Assembly (NCBI RefSeq): GCF_024521635.1
Contig: NW_026250403.1
Coordinates: 2,480,001-2,544,000 of the forward strand
DNA from: Tricharina praecox
Taxonomy: Eukaryota
DNA: 64,000 nt
Direction: 5' to 3'
Below the pieces are notes generated by a model. It searched no databases and was not told the DNA's origin. It saw only the letters and a list, made by a program, of their open reading frames with translations. Numbering within the stretch: the stretch's first letter is position 1; each line of letters begins with the position of its first letter. A program made the translations under genes and the position numbers. This document shows positions 1 through 10,904 of this stretch, piece after piece.

Positions 1-1
1 G

Positions 2-142
2 TTCCGGCTGCTCGCCGAAGAGGAGCGGCTGATCCGTGAGCGCGTCAGGGCTACAGAGGAGCTCATCCGCCTCAAGAATGAGGAGGCGAGGATACTCGAT
101 CGAAAACGTCAGCTTGGCATCGCGTCCCCTGCGAGTAGATGA
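2..142 (+). CDS. 3' end of a gene entering from the left edge; short coiled-coil C-terminus (FRLLAEEERLIRERVRATEELIRLKNEEARILDRKRQLGIASPASR*)
   Basis: Frame is open from base 2 to TGA at 140-142 with E/R/L heptad-like composition; A-rich 3'-UTR-like sequence follows. The rest of the gene lies outside the window. Confidence 0.55.
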   Translation, partial: FRLLAEEERLIRERVRATEELIRLKNEEARILDRKRQLGIASPASR

Positions 143-1527
143 TGCAGACACTCACACACCCACCCATCCTACACGGCGACGACGGCGGCAGGGCGGAAAA
201 CCAAAGCCTATGAAAACCTCTCTCCACCGGTTGCAAGAGCGACTCCAGATGGCGAGCGGAGCCATCGCGTTGATTACCCGCGCAGGGCAGCGAGGCGCGC
301 CCACACAGTAGAGGAAATTCCAGCTGTAGTAACTACCAACAACGATGACTTCAGGTAGAGGGGGGGCTTTGGGATGTTTCCTACACAAAAAACATAAAAA
401 AGACATCCCTTTTCGTTTCTATTGTACATACTTGATCCGATTATGAGTTGAAAGAAGCACTCCAAATGCAATGCATCTACATACATACACAGATAGTTAG
501 TTACCATAGCAGTTATCATAGTAGTTATCATAGTAGTTATTTACTCGTTCCTGCCATCTGCAGCTGTTCCCTCCACTCCCGCAGTATTCCATGGGGGTCA
601 GGGGTCAGGTCAAGGTGGAGGGTGGGGAATCGCTGGTTGACCGGCGATGGACCAACAGTTGGCCGGCGGTGGAGGTGGTGGTGGCAGTGGTGGTGGTGGT
701 CATGTGTGGGGCCAAGGTTGCTGCCTGCTGCCTGGCCCTGATATATTGAGGTGGTCGGACCGGGGGGCATGGAGAATTCGAATTGCCCTTCCGGGCCTAG
801 ACCGCGCCGTCATCGGTGAAGACGCGGGTTATGATCCCACATACTCCATAGCACCAGCACATAAATATTCCTCGCCGGCCGACGTGATGGCGAACTGCGC
901 ATTCCCCCAGCCTCTTCGTGCCGGATCGCGAGCGAGAGAGAGAGAGAGAGAGAGAGAGCGAAGAACTAAGGGGCTCGTAATTGTGAAATGAGTTTTACGA
1001 GGAGAGGCGAGTGAGCGGCTGTGATTATGCGTGCGAACGATGGGAAAGTCCCCCGCGCCCCCAACCCCACACAGCCACTATCCAAGCACCCCAGCTTCCA
1101 TCGCAACATCCCCAAAGTCTCGTATGCACATTGTATATACGTATTGCATTTCAATCATATAAACCGTGTACACGAGCCGTATATGCCACATCACATCACA
1201 TCACATCACATCTCTCCTACCAAACAAAAATCAAAATACAACGATGTGTCGATGACGAGACAGAAGAAGTAAGAAGTAGAGATCTACGACATCAGAAAGC
1301 AAGTAAGGTAGGCAAGCAAACGTTTAAACAAAAGACGGGAAAGAAAGAAAAGAAAAAGAAAAAAGACACCCATAACAATTGATCCAAGTTCATAGAAGGC
1401 AATAACAAACTCCACGCCAGTCCGTTCAGTACATGAAGCCAGCAGTAAGCAAGAAGGAAACCAAAAAAGAGAAAACTGAAAAAGAAAAAAAGCGAGAAAC
1501 AAACATCCCAATATCGCATCATCGTAT

Positions 1528-4500
1528 TCACCGATGCTTGTACTTGTCCTCGCGAGCGCGCCTCCTCTCGGGCTCCATCGCATTGCCGACTCCCATCAAC
1601 GTGCGCCCAACAGCCTCACTGACGCCAATGACAGGCCTGATGACCGCCCTGGGAGCGGCTCTTGCGACCGCGGCTGCAACACCTCTCGCATCCCCCCCCT
1701 CCGCCATCTCGGCTGGCAATGTGAGGATCGCGTCTCTAGCCTCTCCGAAGTTACGTCTCAGGGACCTCGAGGCACCGCGCAATCCTAGTACAAAACGTGA
1801 GTAAATCCCCAAGTAATAGATGGGGATGGATGGACAAACCTTGCATCACACTCTCAGGCTGGTCAGCATACAGCGAGACGATACGTTCGCTGTCGGGCTC
1901 GTAGTCGTCATCCCCAACCTCAACCACAGCGTAGTTTTCGCTGCCACCAGAGAGCGCGCCTTCCGCGCTTTGCAACAACGCCTGGGTTCCAACTGCTACC
2001 TTGGCCCCTAGTCGGACTAATTCCCCAGCGGTGTTTCGAACAAAACCTCCAACACCCTTCTGCAACGAGCGAACAATACGACCGTCTTTTCTGTATTCCC
2101 GGACAGGCACAACAACCAGGTCTCTTGCGCCCTTGCCCAGGTTTACGAGAGAGCGAACGGGCGCCACCCCGGCAAGGACACCACCGAGTTGAGTAGTCTG
2201 GATATCGGGCATCCAGGTGTCGTTGAGGACTTTGCTCATTCTCGTGAACCCAGAAATTCCGTGCAGGATAACTCGGCGGAGCACCATATCGGCCTCCTCC
2301 AGGATAAAGAAATTCATGAACTCCGTCGTATGACCCGAGCGGAGGCCACCGTAATCGACATACTTAGGTTTGTAGTCCAATTTGACGCGGACAGCATTGA
2401 TTTCGACCCGCTGTAGGAAGGGCTCTTCCAGTGCCTTTCCTGGGGGTGCAGCACTGGCGGAATCGTCCTTAAATTCGAAGAAGCGAGTGAGGAAGTCGAG
2501 GGTGTCTTGGTCGACGTGGAGACGGAGTGGAAGTATGTTGGCCTTGAGAATCAGTTCGGTAGCCGCCAGGCCTGGTACTGGCTTGACGACCATGCACTCA
2601 AGACGAACCATATCGCTGTTGATTTCGCGGTCCCCACATTCCTGGCAGTAGGTGACAAACTTCCTCCAAGTGCTGGTGGGAACATTATCAAAGATCTCCA
2701 GATCCCGGATCCTAGCATCAACACTCAATTGAACCTCATCGGATGTTGGCGGGAAGAGCAAGAAATCTACATTGACGCCCTTGAGTTCGAATTGCATCTT
2801 ATGGTGTCTGCTCCGGCTGAGTTTGAGTCCGCTGCGATTCTTCCCTGACCGTGAATGGTGAAAGTCTCCGGTTACGGTCGACCGCGAACGCGCAGATAAC
2901 GGTCTACCCTCTGCGGTAGTAGTAGCGTATGATGTTTCAGACATCTGATCGTCAAAATGCCTGTTGATATCATTCGTAAGGTCTCCGGGGGCGCGGTTAG
3001 CCGGAATGCCGATGTAGATCGAATTGAACAAGAAATCATCGACAACACTCTCATCATCCTCCTCCATGTCGAATGATACTCGTCGGTTTCGTCTCTCGGC
3101 GACTTTGGATTCGACTTTTCGAACAGCCTGGGATATGGTGTCCCGCGTTCTCTGCCAGTCGTAACCATCATGGAGATTGAAGATGACATGGACGTCTCGT
3201 ACTCGGACGCGCAGAGGGAAAAACTCAGCCCTACAGCAAGTCAGTATGAGAAATGAAAAGAGCCCGAAGGAAGGGGAAAAAAGCAAAACCATACTTCTCA
3301 ACCGCAGTCTGGTTAAGGGACCGCTTTCCTCTCCGCCTCAGGGTGGTCCTTCCGAAATGATCCTCCACGATCACAATCGAGTCTAGCACCTTGACATCTT
3401 CCTTGAAGATACTATCATTCCCACTTCCCTCTCTGCTGAGATTCGGGATTCGCATCGCTAGAAGATCCTCCTCGAGCATACTGTCCGCGAGCGCCTCCGA
3501 TGGTTGCACCGGCGGGGTTTTGTGACCATAATAGCTCTCGACGAATGACAGATTGGTTGGAAGGTCTTCATCATAATGAACCAGATCCTCCTCATCGGTG
3601 TCCATGGATCCTGGCATCTTGCGCGATGGGTGCACGAACTTATCCTCCGTCAGACTGGCCAGCATATTCTCGATTGGCATAACCTCTGTACAGTATCGAA
3701 TCTCGTCGCTCTCGACAGCTGGAGGTTTGAGACCATTGAAGATAGCTAGCATGGTCTGGGTAGAGTCTGCACAGCTCTCGATGAGCAGGAGATCATCCCT
3801 GATTTCCAAGTCGACTACGTTGCCAACCACTTGCAGGGTCACCATCGCCGAAGAAATCGTAACCATTGGAACATAGCCCATCGAGACGAAGCCCGCGAGG
3901 TGTTCCGACAGCACCTCTCGTCTGCCTCGCATTTGTCCAGGTTCGGCGGCAAGAAGGCGGTCAACATCGTCAATGACCATGATGCCTGCCTTCTTGATTT
4001 CCATCCCCGCACTGACTGCTCCACCGGTCGGGAGGGCGGCCTGAAGTCGACATTCGGTAAGTATTATGAGACCACGGGATTTAAGATCCAAGGGGTTTAG
4101 CGAAAGAACGGAGTCCGTGATAACAACATCGAAGCCCAGACCACCAGCATCATCGGCTTTGCCTTTCTTCGCAGGTAGCGTGATAATGGAGTCGGCGACG
4201 TCCTGGGCAAGTTGTTCACCTGTGGTTCCGTCTGGAGATTCCATTATAGCCATCAGAGTCTGGACATTGTATTCGGCTCGGATATTCCAGAGTTTGACCC
4301 TCACAACCGGCTCTGGCTCATCACCGACCATCCGAACCATGATCATGGGCCGCTCGTGTTGCGAGCCAACAAAGATACGTCGATCTATACCTTCACCCAA
4401 GAGTTCTTCGTGATCGTTCCGCCTCACGCTGATATTGCCGATGGCCATTGCAACCAAAGACGGTGCCGAGATGTGAGTAATCCCCACCGAATCCATCTCA

Positions 4501-7500
4501 GCCTCCAATCGGCCAATGCCGCCGCCAATCTTCGCAAAAGCGTAGACAGCCTCGACATTGATAATCGTGAGAAGTCCAGGGCGTTCATCGCCGGCAACGA
4601 AGTCGGTGACCGAGAGAACCTGGATGACCTCATCTCCCAGGGCCTTGAATGCATCAAAAACGTCCATATCCAGTAGCTCCCCACGTACACCCGCGACATT
4701 TATCCTCGACACACTGCCTTGCTCTCTCTGCCGTAAAAGAGTGTCAATGAGAATGTCATCATCGTCGAATCGGTCTTTGCTTGGGGTCAAAAGCTCCAGT
4801 AGTCGACCCAAATCCTCTTGAGTCGGTCGACTAGCGAACTCCATGGTAGTACCCTCAATCACCAAGCTCACATCCTTTTTGTCAGGAACTGGTCCGGAGA
4901 TGTTGATCTTATCGACGCTCACTGAAACTCCTTTACCAGATTGGAAATCAACTTTGATCGGCGATGTTTCGAGGACGACCTTTGCACTTGTACCAACAAC
5001 GTCGAAGAACAGACCGCCGATGTCGCAGTGAACTTTGATATCAACAGCCGGAGTCTCGGCCTCGTTTTCCGGCCATGGCGGTGGTCTCCCAGCTTTTCCG
5101 ATTGTCGCGGTACTCGCAGTCGTACTAGCTAAAACACTCCCCACACCACCGAACGCGCTAAACGTCTCCTCGAGCCTCTTCAGATCTCCCCGTATCCTCA
5201 ACGGCAAAGTTTTGACATTCACCCGCATCTTCTTTGCGTTTTGTGAGAAGACTACAGTAATATCGTCTTCGTCTCCTGAACCGTTCCCGTGAAGTCGCCC
5301 AGCAGTAGTGCTTGCACTAAAGCGTTTTCTGTGATGCGAAGTTGACATCTTAGCGGACGATACCGGGGGCGGCGCAGAACGCAGAAAAGTGATAATACCC
5401 TCCTCTTCGTCCTTCAGGGCAAATTTCTTGATCGACAACTTGTTGGTAGATGCTTCGTCGTCGAGGCCCCTTCGGAATAGATTGATATCGTTCAGAAGAC
5501 ACTGCAGCTGGATGGTCGGATCTCCCACATCTTCCTCGTGGCTGTCCGTATAGAAACCGCCGAGGTGTTTGATCATCCGGACATCGACCTCTTTTGCAAC
5601 GAGCTGCACCGTCTGCTTAGGTCCTGGCTCGGGCTTTGCCTTGGGTTTCTTCTTGGGGGCCTCCGTGTCCTGTTCAGCGATGATATCCTGAACCACCTCT
5701 AAGAGATGAGCAAGCATCTTCTCAGTGTGGATATCAACGGTGCCATGGATGTTCGACGCGATTATCTCAATATCGGCAGCGCCCGTAGTCACGAAATCGC
5801 CGACAAGATTCCCGTAGGGAGCAACCACCGGTCTTGCATCCACGGAATCCACAATCTTGACCCGGGGCGGCGAACGATATGGAACAGGCGAGGACGATTT
5901 GGGCGGCGGCGGGGTCCGAGGGGCATATCTAGACGCGTACGACGAGAATGCACCTGGCATATCCTGCTGCTGGAATCCACTGACACTTGCGTGCATCTCC
6001 TCACTTCTATCGCGGGCAGGTGTCTCGTCTCGGGGAACAATTGTCACACCAGCCGACAACGAAGGATAGAATATCGTAACAAGATCGACGTCGATACACT
6101 TTTTGCGGATCCTCCTGACGTTGTCCCGAGCTTTAGGCATATCTGGACAACCACCTTCCGTGTGTGGAGGGAGCGAGGAATTTCTGGAAAAGTCAGACTC
6201 GCCATTGATGAGTCTGTCCAGACGCTGGTCCATCTCATCTGCGTCAATATCTTCTATAATGTCGTCTCGACCATCAAGCGTCGAGTGCACCCGTAGCTGC
6301 GACTGCGACCGTAGCATTCCGCTCGTGGCAGACATGTACAAACTATCGGCTTCCTCGCGGGAGAATATAGTAGACTGGCTGAGCATTCTACTGGCTTCCT
6401 GGTCCATCTCATCCTCGCTGCTCTCTATATCGCTCAGGGCTTGTGGCGGCGGTGATGGCGACGGGGACAGCGATGGATCGGCTGCCCGGATCGGTGGTTG
6501 AGGGATAGGTTGCACAAAAGGCTCGGTTTTTGGAGGGCTAGAGGAAGGCGAGGAGAATGCTGACGATCCCGCCGATATAACGGATGCCGAAGGTGAAAGT
6601 CGGAGCTGTTGAGGCATCGAAGAGGCAAACACGGCCCCCCCAACCTCGTCATCGCTATCATCATCCGCGGCATAATTGTCGAAGTAGTTTTCACGAAGGA
6701 TGTTGTTCGGCTTGTTCGACAACGTAGGCCGTGTAGAGGCTCTCATTGACGGCCTCACAAAGGCAAGCACTTCCTCATCGGAGTCTTCGAAATCGTCGAA
6801 TCTATCATCTTGGGAACTATAACTCCTCTGGAGGTCGACGCCGTCCTCATCCCCGACATCGGATGGAGACGTTCCAGTTGGCTGTGGTGAACCGACGGGT
6901 GCCACAGTGGAGGGCTGGCGTGGTACGGGCGATGCATCTCGGATTATGCTCCTAGCCATCTCCTCGTCGTCTGTCGTCTGCTTTGCATCTGCGACACCCC
7001 CTTTCTCCGTCATAGCTTCTGAGGCATCCCCGAATACAGCACTCTCCTCCGGGCTCGTCCCGAACATGGTCTCGGTAGCAGTGATGAATCCTCGAATGTT
7101 CTCCAGCGTGATGCGACGCTTCCCTTCTTTCCGCGGCTTTTCTTGTGGTATTCTCGTCGAATCTGACGGGCTGACATTCCGCGAGACGCCCTCGATGTCT
7201 ACGTCCTCCACCTCGAGTTCCAGGAACACCTTCTCGCCACCCTTCTCCTCCGGTAGTGTCGCTTCCAGCGACGCACTAACACCCCGCACTCTCACAATCA
7301 TCCTATCGGCAATGCCCTTGAACATGCTCGCCAGCATTTTGGGCAAGCCGGGCGAGGTTCCAACTCCCAGCTCCTCATCCTCGTCCTCCTCCGACGTAGT
7401 AATAGATGACATAATGCTCGCGTCCATCGGCGCCTCCGCATAGAGCGACATGAGCTGTTGCTGCTCCGCTCGCGTTTGAGACTGTAGGAACGACTGTGCA

Positions 7501-8012
7501 AGATCTTCGGCCGACACAGGAAACTCCTCCGGACTAAGCTCTGAAGCTCTGTCGCCGGGACGCGGGGTTGACGGTGGCGAGGTGCTCGACGCCTCCGAAA
7601 CATCGTCCGGTGGCGGCGGGGTCACTTTGACGGCTATCTTGACATCGCTTATAAGGATCTCGACGGCGCCCGACAAAAACGAGTTGAACGATAAGCTGAT
7701 CGAAAGCGTTCCGATCACGGCTTCCAAGAGCTCGAACCGGTGGGGGATCTTGATTAGAGTTCGTAGCCTCTACCAGAGCACGATACCACACACGATTAGA
7801 GACAGATTCCACGAAATTTCCCTTAGTGTTCTGTGCCTCACCTCCACCTTGATACCGACATCCCGCACCGTGAAGACCGAATCCCTGCCAAAAGAGCCAC
7901 CAATATTCTCGAGATCACCGAGCGTCCGTTCCTCCACCAGGTCCAAGCGATGTATGATATATCGAACGAGTCGCTTCTCCCACTGCTGTGGGAGTCTGGG
8001 GAACGAAAACAT
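1528..8012 (-). CDS. ATG2: Autophagy-related lipid-transfer protein Atg2 (about 2097 aa, 4 exons)
   Basis: Exons 8012-7842, 7769-3295, 3230-1840 and 1784-1528 join in frame (6294 nt) via GT-AG introns. Chorein-like N-terminus ([14 protein letters not shown]); Atg2 motifs [68 protein letters not shown]-type tail ([25 protein letters not shown]...EDKYK). Confidence 0.96.
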
Positions 8013-8787
8013 GTGGGGCCGTCTATCGTTCAACCAGTATGGGGGTGAGGAGCGGAGGAGGTTGGTTAGAGAGGCGGATGGGTTTGGGGTTCTTGTCCGT
8101 TCGTTGGACGTGGGCGGAGCTTAGGCCTGATTGTGGCTGCTCTGTATGTAGCTTTAGCTGCTGCGGACGCTCGACCAATGGGAGTTGTGGATATCGAGCG
8201 CTCCGGGTAGCGAAGGCGTGAGTGCTTGGATGCGGACGACGCGGTAGGTTAAGAAACGACAACAGTTGCCAGCTCCAGCATTTGGGACGAAGGTGAGGGG
8301 CAATATGGGGAAGAGGGACAGATGGTATGGAGATTTGAATTAAGCGCTCAGAAAAGTCTTTCAAAGTTAGAGCTACTCCGGCAGAGGAGTGAGTAAGAGG
8401 ATTTGAATGGCGGTGGGGGGGCAAGAGAGTTGGGGCGAAGGATCTTCGTGTAGGTTCTCTATGGAGGTACTGTAGAGTAGAGTATCGCTGTGCTATCAGC
8501 TTCTCATGTGGCCGATGCGCTCTCAAGATCATGTGCTCGCAAGGTGGTTAGTTACACAAGAAGGCGAGCAGCTGAACTCACCGAGTCCCTTCTTGAGCCG
8601 AGATATCTGGCCGGGACAATCATAGCATTCAAGATACCCGCACATCGTCAGCTCGGCCTTCCACCAACCCCGTCGATTCTTCCGTCCACCTCGACAACCT
8701 CAGCTCGTCCTCCACATCTTCTACAAACGTGCGATCTATACGTCGCAGCCTATTCGACCGACCGAACTCTATTGTACACTCGCAACC

Positions 8788-9625
8788 ATGTCCGGCCTCG
8801 AGAAAGCCCTCTTCCAGCTCAAAGTACGTCACCGTCGCCGCCACCGTCCGCGCGCGTACCGCTGCCCCGCCATCATAGGCTAACACCGCCCACAGTTCAC
8901 GGCCAAGTCGCTGAACCGACAGGCCGCGAAAGCGGGTAAAGAGGAGACAGCTGAGAAGGCCAAGATCAAGAAGGCTCGCATTTCTATCCCCTCTACCCTT
9001 CGGATCCGCGCTGATGGTGGGGTGGATGGTGTAGGCGATGCAGCAGGGAAACAACGACATTGCCAAACTCTACGCACAGAACGCGATCCGCAAACAGACC
9101 GAGCGATTGAACCTCCTCCGGCTTGCGTCGCGCATCGATGCGGTTGCGAGTAGAGTGCAGACTGCTGTTACCATGAGACAGGTCTCTGGAAGTATGGCGA
9201 ACGTGGTCAAGGGCATGGATGCGGCTATGAAGACGATGAATTTGGAGAGGGTGAGTCGCACGGCTCCGTGATGGTGGAGGTCGGATGCCGATTAATGTCG
9301 GGGGCAGATCTCGGTCGTGATGGACAAGTTCGAGCAGCAGTTCGAAGACTTGGATGTTGCTGTGGGATACTACGAGAATGCCACTAGCTCCGCCACGGCC
9401 GTCGGTACACCCCAGGAGGATGTGGATCGTCTCATGGGAAAGATAGCGGATGAAGCCGGGCTCGAGATGGAGCAGGAGATGCCTGAGGCTACCAAAAGCA
9501 AGATCGGACCTACTGAGCAGGAGGAGAATGGGTAATTTTGTCCTCGTATTCTGTGTGGGGATGGTTCACTGGGCTAACAACGGGGTCTTAGGCTCAACGA
9601 GCGACTGCGGGCTTTGAGGGGATAG
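8788..9625 (+). CDS. DID2: ESCRT-III accessory subunit Did2/Vps46 (CHMP1, Snf7 family; about 195 aa, 5 exons)
   Basis: Exons 8788-8823, 8896-8973, 9035-9250, 9308-9531 and 9592-9625 (588 nt). [66 protein letters not shown]-terminal MIM1-like [10 protein letters not shown]. Intron 2 needs a GC donor. Confidence 0.95.
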
Positions 9626-10664
9626 ATGGACTGATCGAGCCGGTTAGAATTGCACAAGAAATCAACAACTAAATACGCAGTTCCTTGTTGCGCTGAGCTA
9701 TCTCTGTAGGTAAACTGTAGAAGTCAAGCTACGTGGTTGGCACATCTTTAAATATTGAACACAGAAGGACCAGCGAGCTCTGTAGAGTAGTGGAGTGAGC
9801 TGCTATCATGATTCATGAGATAGCTATGGACCCTTACTTGGGACAGCTTGATCATCGAGCTCTTACATGAAGCCCTCTCAACTCTAACTATTCTTTAAAA
9901 GCTGGAATTTCCATCGGTATTGCTGACGCCGATGAAACAAATTCGGTCGAAAATCGGGAGGCTTATTTGTATTATCATGAAAAGGTGATGTGAAATCTAC
10001 TTATCTATGATCTATCGTCATACCTGGATTTTGGTCACCTCGCTCATCGGCCAACATACCACATGCCCCGCAGACACGCAGATGCCCACCCCACGTCACG
10101 TTTTGGGTCTGTTGACATCTTGCAGGAACCAGCAGCCGACAAAGGAAACAACCGTGCTGAGTGTGATGAGCTCAGCGGATAAAGTAACGATGAGAATTTA
10201 TTATCATACCTATTAGCCGTCTGCAGACCCTAGGTATTGACGCTCGATGGTCAGTAGCTACACGGATCGTATGGGATAAAGAAGTGGATCAACTTGTAGC
10301 GTAACTGTGGCCGCAGAGGTCAGGTTGCCTTTCAGGGCCATGGTTGTCAATTTCTTGTTACGAGAGATTGAAGAATAGTAATAGAGGCGAGTTGGCATGT
10401 ACAGTGGAGCCCTTGAAGCCCACAGAGCTTCCCGAATAATCAGCACCTAAGTAGATGAGCACGTGTTCTTCGTTGTTTGGCCTTCTCGTCCCGTAATTAC
10501 ACACTCCATTTCTTAGCAGTTGCACACAAAATCAAAGTCTCCAACGAGCACTCAGTCTTCGTAAACTTGCTTCTCCAGCTCTTTCCCGATCACGTGCGTT
10601 GTGTGTGACGCGGCTTGGCGACGACTCACACAAACACCGGCGCGTTCTTAGAAAACTATCGTCA

Positions 10665-10747
10665 ACAACTCTTCGGCTTCAAGACAACTCCTCGGCTTCA
10701 AGACAACTCTTCGACTTCAAGACAACTCTTCGACTTCAAGACAACTC
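10665..10747. repeat. 19-bp tandem repeat, about 4.4 copies (acaactcttcgRcttcaag), upstream of NUP85
   Basis: Units start at 10665, 10684, 10703, 10722 and 10741 and differ by 0-2 bases. Confidence 0.9.
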
Positions 10748-10904
10748 CACTCCACTCCACTCCTCAAACACCCCACCTCCTAAAAACTTCACACCTTCGT
10801 TCCCGCTGGACCCGTTACGACACCCCTTCCTCTCTAACCGTGATCCCCACTATCGCGACTCGCAGAACCGAAGTACCTAATTGCTACGACTCTAACGACA
10901 CGCA

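Noticed and set aside
537-902. Possible small spliced gene on the minus strand ending ...PDPHGILREWREQLQMAGTSK
   Set aside because: A gtatgt...ctag intron can be drawn, but the product resembles no family I recognise and the His run comes from a CAC microsatellite.
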